Both the position numbers and the translations under genes were made by a program. A stretch of 62,084 nucleotides of DNA, counting the filler, from Choristocarpus tenellus KU-1152 (taxonomy: Eukaryota; Protista; Phaeophyceae), in NCBI GenBank assembly GCA_964200185.2. It is 11 parts of 11 records of this genome, joined end to end, with 100 filler letters (N's around TTAATTAATTAA, not from the genome) between each part and the next. Parts side by side here need not be neighbours in the genome. Positions count along the whole stretch, not along the records: positions 49,855 to 53,877 come from CAXNAD020016620.1; positions 53,978 to 62,084 come from CAXNAD020005135.1; 9 more parts are not named here. One strand, written 5' to 3'. Positions within the stretch are counted from its first letter, which is position 1, and every line of letters starts with the position of its first letter. The notes under the pieces are model-generated. The model saw nothing but the letters and a program-made list of their open reading frames with translations. It was not told where the DNA came from and made no database searches. Of this stretch, positions 52,801-62,084 are shown in pieces.

Positions 52801-53877
52801 CGGGCAACTGGAATGTTGAGGTTGAGGGAGATGGAGTCCGACCTCCTTCGTGGGGCGCATCTGTCTGCTCAGGAACGCCTCAGTGCAGTGTCATTGGGTA
52901 CTGATTCGCTGGCCCTGGTGCATGAGCTTACTGTCCCTGAGAAGAGCACTCTAGGACAGTCAACAGTGGCAGAGGGCGTTACGAAGGATTTCCTCTTGAG
53001 GGAGGGGGGGACTCAGGGCGTACATTCAAGAGTCAAGAAGGGCTCAACAATGCAGACAAAGATGGAGGTGAGTCCATTTTCAACATCTGTGACTGCCTCC
53101 TCTGCTGATGCTGGCTTAACTGGTGGTGAGTTAGGGTATCTAAAGGGAGGGTCTGTAGGTGCTGTGAGTGAGGGGGTGCCGGTAGATGAGTCAGGGGAGG
53201 GTGGTGTGACAAGTCTGTTAGGTATGGGGGGGGTGCCGTCTTCCGTGATGGGAGGACTGAGTTCACTGCGTGCAGAAATATCAGAACTCGAGGGGAAGAT
53301 AATAAGGCAACTTGGAGATGTCTACAGCAGCAGCCCATGCGCCCCTTTATCTGAACCTGACCAGCAGGCAGGGACATGCCGTGAGAACACAAGTTCTTCC
53401 CCCTACCCAGGTAATGAGGGTGGGGTCTTGAGGGGCAGAGCTCAGGACCAGAAACAACATTGGGGTCCCGCAACACGAAGGCTCACGGTGGGTGCAATAT
53501 CATCTGCAGGACCTTTGCATGGTCATGGACGAGGAGGGTCATCAGTTTCTCAGGACCCTGACACTACTCAGGCGCAGTACAGTCTTCTCCCACACCAATC
53601 GTCAGAGGGGCAAGGCAGTGGCACCAGTAAGCACCATCATCATCAGCGTTTACGACATCCAAGGGGAAAAAGTCCACCAAGCATGCTGGGATATAGGATT
53701 GGGGATGCACAGAATATTGGGGAAGGCGTTTACTCCTCTCTCTCGTTGGTTGATGAGAACAGAGCTAATAATGAGAGCGTCACTGTAAAAAGACAGGAGT
53801 TAACTGTTGGTGGGGGGTGGGGCCTCTCAAGTGTAAGTGACTTTACATGCTCCCAGCCGCAAGTGGGGTTGCCAGTT
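49855..53877 (+). CDS. Coiled-coil/low-complexity protein, internal fragment; exons ~49855-50409, ~51283-52021, ~52712-53877
   Basis: Three long same-strand ORFs rich in E/A/R/L heptads with plausible splice sites; no family recognised. Confidence 0.7.
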
Positions 53878-54020
53878 NNNNNNNNNNNNNNNNNNNNNNN
53901 NNNNNNNNNNNNNNNNNNNNNTTAATTAATTAANNNNNNNNNNNNNNNNNNNNNNNNNNNNNNNNNNNNNNNNNNNNCAAAAAAGTGAAAATCGATAATT
54001 GGGTGGAAAACGGACGCCGA

Positions 54021-54046
54021 CATCCCCCCCCTAGATACTTTGACCC
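54021..54046. mobile_element. TIR of family B type near contig start
   Basis: CCCCCCCCTAGATACTTTGACCC. Confidence 0.7.
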
Positions 54047-54331
54047 TACTTACGTCAATATAACCACTAAGTCGAAGGTTGAGGATAGGGTTTGGGTTAA
54101 CAGACTTGCGGTGTATGAGATTCCAGTCAGGACGCTAATGTCAAAATTACACTTTTTGGGGGAATCCTGTTTATAAATATGTCAATGAATCAATAACCTA
54201 CCCCACAGTAAGTTACACCAGAGCACAGAGAATCTTGATTTATTACCAATCCCTTGAGCAAAGACTAAAGGAAATCTAGAGATACTTTTGTATCCCCGAC
54301 TATCTTAGCAATTCGAAAAGAGTACATATTA

Positions 54332-54517
54332 GGCTCAAAATATCTGGGGGGGGGGGTGGCTGTCCATTTATTTGGGGCCTATTTTTCCATGTCGCCATTA
54401 TTAGGTGAGTTATTTAGACGTACGTGTCGGACTTTTAATGTAGGTGCACTTTTCCTGGTAAGGGCCCGAATGGACACCCTGGTGTAGACCCCCCTCCCCC
54501 CCTAGATACTTTGAGCC
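54332..54517 (+). mobile_element. MITE family B, full length
   Basis: GGCTCAAAATATCTGGGGGG ... CCCCCCTAGATACTTTGAGCC. Confidence 0.87.
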
Positions 54518-54843
54518 ATATCGGATTGTCTGGGTGAGAGGGACAGAATCAAAACCATCCAGTTACTTTGGGAATTGATCTGAAAAGAGAATGGAAAAAA
54601 AAAATGTTGGAGTTGATAAGGGAAAGTGACAAGAAAACTCTAGACAGTTCCACTCTCTGCCCATATGGGATCTGAACCTTGTTTCTGAGCCGAGTAAACG
54701 AGAGGCACCCAGAGTTGCATTTTAAGGAAGTTGGCAAATACCTGCAAATATTCGGTCTTTTTTCAAGAAGTGCGTGCAGGATATTTTTTGCGAAATGTGT
54801 CGAAAAGTTTCAAACAATAGAGAAATCAACCGTCTCAAGTCAA

Positions 54844-55028
54844 GGCTCTAAGTATCTGGGGTGGTGGTGGTGGCTGTCTATTTGGGGTCAATTTTTTCAT
54901 GTCGCGATTTTTTGGTGATTTGGTTGCATACGTCGGATGGACAATGTAAATACACTTTTTCCTGATTTTGGCCCAAATGGACACCCTGGTGTAGACCCCC
55001 CACCCCCTCCCCTCAGATACTTTGGGTC
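54844..55028 (+). mobile_element. MITE family B, full length
   Basis: GGCTCTAAGTATCTGGGG ... CCCCTCAGATACTTTGGGTC; flanks CAA/CAA. Confidence 0.87.
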
Positions 55029-57020
55029 CAAATTTAGCACTTCGTCCATAGAAATATATGTTAATCGTAAAAGATTGAAATACTGACTTAGAATGCAAAA
55101 CGCCCCCAAAGCGAGCACCTCTCGCTTACTTTGACTCTCTGCTAATGTGAGACATTACTATGAATGTAGGACTTGGTAGTGTGTGTGTGTGGATCTTTCT
55201 CTTTTTATACCTCTGAGCTACACACAAGACCCAATCTCACCATCCTGATGACTCATCAAACTAAGTTTCTGCTGTTGTCAAATCGTGAACCGTGCCCACT
55301 CTTATCCGTATCGATTACGTACTACAGTAGCATGACCAGGTTGGTAAAGTTGTTCATGTTGCCGTAAATGTATTGAGGAGGGCAAGATAGGGTAACCCAT
55401 TTTCGAACTACTACGTACCTTGACAACGCGCCACCATACCTTCCTCTTTTCAAGCGAGTACGAAAGTAGTATGGTGGCATGAAGCAGTTATGCTCATACT
55501 ACACAGTGTTAATCGAGCATGTTTTATTGCTTTTGTGTGTTGTTTGCTCCAATATACGATCGGCTGCTTCTTGTCAGAAAACCTAAGTGGGGGAGAACTC
55601 ACAAATCCCAAGAGGAAACTGATTCACGCAGTTCCCCCCCCATCCCAGACGTACGATCTTCAACCACAGTCGCATTCCCTGTTTTTAGCAGATAATAGGA
55701 AGTGCAACTCCATAGCATTGTGCATCATGAGAAATGTAGCTAGTGAAGGGTAACTAGGAACAACACACCAAATCTGAGCTACTTCGATCTCCCACCCATC
55801 TTCTTACCCCACGTTACCTTTTGTAGTAGGTATATAGATCTACCAAGCAAATGCGAGACAAAGGCATATTATGAGCCTACAATCAGTAGCTGCAATGGCA
55901 TCTACAGAGAGAATAGCCGCAGTAAGCTCCTTACCGTTACTCGAATACTTTTCCTTAATACCTGGCCTCTCTTTCTCTGACATAAAGGAGAGTCATCCTT
56001 GAGCTTTCATGGATAGAACGTACTCTGTAGAGGAGTCAAGATCTATGGCAAATAAGAACTATTGGATTCTGAGCATCACTACATAAGAAATATATTAATA
56101 TAAAATAGATTGTTTAACATACACAAGCAATTTCATCAATCAGCACACAGTATTTCATTTCATAGGTATCAAAAAAGAGACCAAACACAGCAAAACAATT
56201 TGAGCAAAAGTTCTTTTGCATACCGGGGAATTGTAAACTTAGAAATGACACAATATAGCAGAACAGTACTTGAAGTACTCGAGAGACTGGGAACTAAACA
56301 AGTGAGTATGCGTTTGGCACTGAAGAGTGAAATACAACCTTGTGAAGACCGAGCTCTGATGTGCACAGTAGTTGGAGGCAACAAAACAACCACATGCACA
56401 CATATATATGTACTATGCCCCACAGTTGGTGATAACTGGAGAAAAAAACAAAAGGTAGCTCACACCATCCACAAGCCACTACAATAGAGCCTACAGTAGC
56501 GTACCACATGGTTCTGTTGTGAACTAATTTAAATTTTTGACACAAAGCTCTCAATGGCAGCCACAGCGCAGCAACAGGCATCGCCAAGAGCAGGCGAGCA
56601 CGACCTCCCACTCTCCAACTCCTTATTTAAGGCTCCTGTACAGAATCACCCCCCCAGTTGCTTCTTCACGATCACTGGAAAAACTTCAGCCGCTTGTCAA
56701 TGTAAGTCAAAACATCAGGTCCTACAATCCTCCCTCCCCTGCTTCTCCCCACAACCCCACCAGTGTCATTCCTACTCACCTACACCACACCACACCACAT
56801 ACGCCACGCAATGCTGTAATAACCCACCCCACCAACACACCACATCAAACCGCAGCATAGAAGGTCACTTCCACCACTGTCAACTACCAGGAGCCACACT
56901 ACCACATCAGCACCACTCCTGGTCACTCCCCTACCACGATTCCTTTTGGTCATCCTTCAAACAGCCAGGTGCTACAATATATATTGTCATCTGTAATGCC
57001 AAGAGTCAACTCCTTGCACT

Positions 57021-60000
57021 CTACAGTATCCAGTTTGTGGCATTCTGACGGTGCATCGCTGAAACCTTGGCCATAGTCACTGAGGCCCGAGAAACTGCAT
57101 CTGTGCGATAGAAGTCGTGTACAAGGGGACCGAGCGATGTCTCGTGGATCCGGGTTTCCGTTGTTGGTAGCTTCAAAACCCCGGGGATGGGGCCAACCTG
57201 AGATTGAAGAGGCAACCGTGACAAGCCGCCGGTTGGGAGGTAAAGTCGGGGCAGATAATGAGAGGGCAGTGATAGTAACACAACACACGCAGGTCATTAT
57301 TGTGATGCGTGTGATGGAGTTAGCCAACATATGCGTAAAATACACAATGTATTGCTCCTTGATATAGCTGAGTTAATTCACTCTCATGCCATACAGCTTC
57401 AGAGCGCTTGATGTAAAGCTACAGAGCACTTATGTACCTCTACAATGTCCAACAACACACAACACCTCCACTATATACCATCTCCGTTCCGAACTTAATC
57501 AACAATAGCATCAAGTGCCTCATCAAAGACTCTTTAGTGCAAGTTAGTAGAAGATACTCATGCCGACCAGAGAAGAGTATCTACACTCAGCAATGTGGAA
57601 CTTGAGTGCCCCTACAGACCAGATATGCAATGACATCAATCCCTACCTACACACAACACTTACAGTTACACTAAACAATACACAGTTCTCCACCCTGGGC
57701 ACAGACAATCAATGCTCTGCCTCCAACATATTGCACTATGCAGGAGTTCCAGTGCCTTGGAGAGCATCGTCATAAAAAACTGTAGTTTTACGAATACACT
57801 CTCTATGTGGCTTTTTGTTTTTTTAGTCTCACACAAACCATACTAGTACACAATAATATGTACCTAGAGTACCACTATTGATAATGGCAATGGAACAGGT
57901 GCTAGGGACGATTTCTGCTTCAATGAGCAATGGGTTAGGGGGGACATCAAGAGGACCTCACATATTTGACCAACGCAATCCAAGTAATACGAAAGTATAC
58001 TGAGATGCACACAAAAAACACCTCCAAACCAGTCCCTATTTCCCTCAACAGCATGACAGCAACCAACAAGCCTTCACTACTAAGCTTGAAGGTACATGTG
58101 TAAGAGTATGAGTGTGAGCAAGACTGGGGGGATCGTCACCGTCGAGGGGGTGACTTCATCCATCCTGTACGGCACCAGCGTGTGCACACGCTCATGCATC
58201 TCATCCAAGGTGCTGTACGGGAGCTCAACCCCAATAAATTGACCCAGGGCACGAACAACCTTCCAGTCTTCCCGAGCCAGTCCAGGAGGAGGGTAAACCT
58301 TGGCAGACCTATGCAATGGGGGGGGGTAGGGGGCAAGGAATGGAGGGTATTATCAAGAGTCGACTTAGAAGCATGCAATACATTAACTCAGGCTGAGAAA
58401 ATTTACAGTCCTTTCACATAAAAAAAATCCAAAACACACACACAATGTGAACAAGAGATGAGGGAGATACAGATGACATAACCAGCAGTCACAGAAAAAA
58501 CAATACACGCACACACACAAACAAACAAACAAGATACTAAAATCAAGCTCCCTGCAAGACCACAACACACAACCATGCACACTGGCAACAGAACACGGGT
58601 TGCTTGTCTACACCACTCAGGTAAGCAAGCAACACTTGGGTCTTTTCAAAATCTGCTCTGAAGCAACAGTAACAAGCACTGCCTGACGAGCACCTCTGTG
58701 GTCGCCCCTCTGTGTTAATATAAGTCCCCTCCTTCTCCACAAACGTAGCTCCAGGAAGAAGCACATCACAGGCGGAGAGGTTCTCATCTCCATGGGTACC
58801 CTACAACGTAAAGAGACCAAGAGAGTGATGTATTCTGTGAGAAGCACAAGGAATCTGTAGATGGGCATCTCCATATAATAATTAGTATTCTGATTTATAT
58901 CAAACAATTAGGACGATAGGATATTTACACCATGGACAAACTCTATAATTGCAGTGCTGATTTCTCAATCTATTCTAACCCCAAAAATATGTACATTAAA
59001 GCACTCCTATAAAAAAAAACTGTGCATCACGATTCCTTGGCAGAGTGCATGATCACAGGAAATGTAGAAAAAGAGGTAGAAGACACATAGACTACAATTG
59101 ATCTCCAAAATATAGGGCAAGGTGACATATGCAGGAAGAGCACATCTCTACAAGTGCAATAGTATTCTACAGTAAGAGATGGAGTCATGGGGGAGGAGAA
59201 AAATGCAGTGGGGGGTGGGTGGGAGGGGGAGGTAGTGCAAGAAAGATCACTTCACTTGTTAAAGGGAGGAAACAGAAGACCAACATGAGGGAGGTATCTC
59301 ATGTACTTCTTGGGGAAACCAAACACCCAATGGTGAAAGAACCTCCTTGAGATGTGACCCACATTATCATGGAATGAACTGACATTTTAATAAGAACAGG
59401 AACTAAACAGTAACATAACGCCATTGCCTGCGTAACCAAACCCTCAGTAAATATATATATATACAAATAAACCACACACCCTGAACTGTCACAAGCAACA
59501 CGGAATAGATCCAAACAATAGTACATACGTATACATATACAATCCAACACATCAAGTGAATCATCAAAATATGTTCCGACTTGTATGGTACGATGCACAC
59601 TAGTATGAAAACTCCATCAATTATTCTACCCCTCCCAAAAGAACAAAAAGGAAAGAGACAATGACCAGCATCTATAAAAGAAAAGAAAGGGCAATACTGT
59701 CAACAAAGAACTGCGTGAGGGTTAACAATATCACACATCATTGAAAACCCTCATCACACCAAATCCCAACAATTCTACATCCAGAGCACACAAGCCAGCT
59801 ACAGAGCACCCCAGGTAAAAAGACTAAGATTAGGGTTGGGGGTTCACACCTGGTACACCACAGTCTTTCCAGTAGCCTTTAGCTCTGACACTAGCCCAGA
59901 GTCAGCAAGGTCCACACAGTAGAAGTTTTCCCCCTCACAGGCCCCTGCTTGAGGGAGAGACTCCAGGTACAGAGCATTGAGGCCCATGTCATTTGCATGT

Positions 60001-60944
60001 GAGCTCACCTGATGGACACAGTCCATTGCCTCTCCCGCCTGGTGTGTATAGGGAGGGAATATGCAGGGATAAAAGGGGGGATATGCTTGTTGAGACTTTG
60101 GAAAAAGGAGTTCACCATGGACAGCGCACCCCTCATATCAAACCCTCAAAACACAGATACTCATATTTATTCCTTTTACATATCTGTTCAGAGGCGAATC
60201 AGCGAGCCTCATCTCTCAGTTCTCTCTCGGTTGACAACAGACCATTTTCAAGACTGCTGCCGACCTGGTAAAAAACCCAAACACGCCTGATTAAGAACTC
60301 ATCCAACAGGGCCTTGGTGAGCTTCAGGCCAAAACGCTTCCTACGCAGCAAAGCAATAACGACGACCAGAGTATCGAAACCAAGCCTCCAGCCCACAAAC
60401 AAAGTCATTCGCCATACAGTCACACCTCCACTGCGACAGCTACATGCCGTAAGAATACACTCGCCTTCGTGAGCTTGTTGAGACTCTTGAGGAGAACTAA
60501 GATAGAGCCGGCGTCCTCCCTCTCGAGAACTGAAGAGCCGTACAAGATCAACGGACGCTCCGCCTCAGCCAAAACCTTGAGAGAGATGAGAGACAGGGCA
60601 TGTGTGAATGAGGCCAAGGGGACCATCGGAAACCTGTTCACAAGATCTAAACTACTATTTCAGCTTTAGCTAGTGACGCGATTCCAGGTATCTAGCTATC
60701 TGCAGCACAGTGGTATCTCAATTTTTGACGGAGAGAGAGACTGGGGACCAACCCAGCATAATTCATGGGCCATCACCCCGCCAATAACACACCCTACCTT
60801 AACAGTCCATCTCAACATTTTCGTTTCCCCCCTCATGCTCAAAACTTATCCCTCCATAGGGCGTAGTCAGGGAAGCTGTTCAGTTGGGATTTGATCCCAC
60901 AATGTCCAAATTTGTCAAACCACTGTACCACTGGGTCAGACAGT

Positions 60945-60978
<34 letters not shown>

Positions 60979-61959
60979 CTTGTCTCTGTGTAACAGTGTT
61001 ATCTCCCTTCCGACACATCACCTGTTGTGTATGTTCAACAACTACCACACTGCTATCCTACAGCAGCATTTCAGATTCAATCCCTAAATACATTCACATA
61101 TCAATTACAAGAGATCTCTAACCCCACAGCAAATCACTAAATCAGATCAAAATAATATCGATAACGCACATTTCACCTACCGAACACCTTCCTTTCTGTC
61201 ATCTAAGACAACCACTCTTGCAGAACAAATCGCTCACACCACACACCTGCAGCAAGACAGATTGAAATACACATCTTGCCACATCTGGCGTAATGAAGTG
61301 ACCAAACCTCAAAAATCAAACCTCACGCATTCTACTGCTCTAAAGTACAAGGAGAGCAAAAACTCGTCTTGTCCCAGCACAGCAATCTTCTTCTGCAGAC
61401 AATGCATAGCAAACCCAGCACTCAGGCACCACATATGCACACCTCAAGAAAACAGGGCATTCATCAGCGGACACAAATACAACACTCCAGGTCATAGGTT
61501 CCCCAAATTTACCATCCCCCCTCCGAAGCTCCGAGAAGAGAACTCATCTAAGGGAAGCCAAAGGCAACACATACAAGGCACGCTGCTTATTAGCTACCCC
61601 ACTTCCCATCCCCATTCCCCTTTCCCTGCCCAAGCCTCCCACCGCCCCACCTTATCCCATCCCTGATCAAAGACCCTAACTCTAACACCACCCTCACAAA
61701 CAAACAAAAACAGCCTCACCCCTTCCCTCCCCATTCGAGCCAAAACCATACCAACCTTAGAAAAGGGATGCTTTCCCCCAGCAATAGACATCAGTGTGGA
61801 TGGGGTCAGTCCAAGGTTCTGTGTGTCATATGTGAGGTTCACTGGGGCACCAATGGTCCCCACCGTCAGGCCACCCTCCAGGAACCGTCCCCTCATCCGC
61901 ACATTAAGCATTGTGGCCTCAAATCGGGGGTTCAGACCGACCAGCAGAATGACATCCGC
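57021..61959 (-). CDS. NDUFS1: Complex I 75-kDa subunit (Nad11/NuoG), C-terminal molybdopterin-fold region; 5' end outside window. Exons 61959-61756, 60575-60465, (60264-60243, 60144-60116), 60008-59850, 58800-58694, 58308-58140, 57197-57021
   Basis: ADVILLVGLNPRFEATMLNVRMR..GKHPFSK/VLAEAERPLILYGSSVLERED../..VVYQ/GTHGD..DVLLPGATFVEKEGTYINTEGRPQR/SAKVYPPPGLAREDWKVVRAL../..DFYRTDAVSRASVTMAK..*. Confidence 0.95.
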
Positions 61960-62084
61960 CTATCCGGAACAGAGCAGAGTTAGATGGGGGGGGGGGGGGG
62001 GGGGGGGAAAGGGGGGGGGGGCAGAGGAAAGGGTGGGCGGCCGGGAGGAAAGCGAGCGCGAGGGGAGGGAAAAAGTTCAATATG

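Overview
This is eukaryotic nuclear DNA, not one locus. About 11 short draft contigs are joined by artificial 100-bp spacers (N44-TTAATTAATTAA-N44), so adjacency across spacers means nothing. Spliceosomal introns, signal-peptide+Phe plastid presequences and a nuclear intron-containing Nad11 C-terminal region suggest a photosynthetic stramenopile, possibly a brown alga (inference). Genes I could splice by hand: a PP2C phosphatase (partial), complex I 24-kDa subunit NDUFV2 (partial) head-to-head with a plastid-type CPFC glutaredoxin (complete), a divergent 20S proteasome beta5-type subunit head-to-head with ALG7/DPAGT1 (partial), a probable plastid-targeted unknown protein head-to-head with a large low-complexity protein, a coiled-coil protein, and the C-terminal part of NDUFS1/Nad11. 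The best candidate for an undescribed system is a transposon set. It comprises a decayed Sola2-like DDD transposase with an internal ~350-bp satellite and a downstream ORF with two Tudor-like modules. It also includes two abundant MITE families that share its expected GRG..CYC-type termini (common core CAAAGTATCT, 4-bp flanking duplications in the cleanest copies). One MITE copy sits inside the transposase itself.
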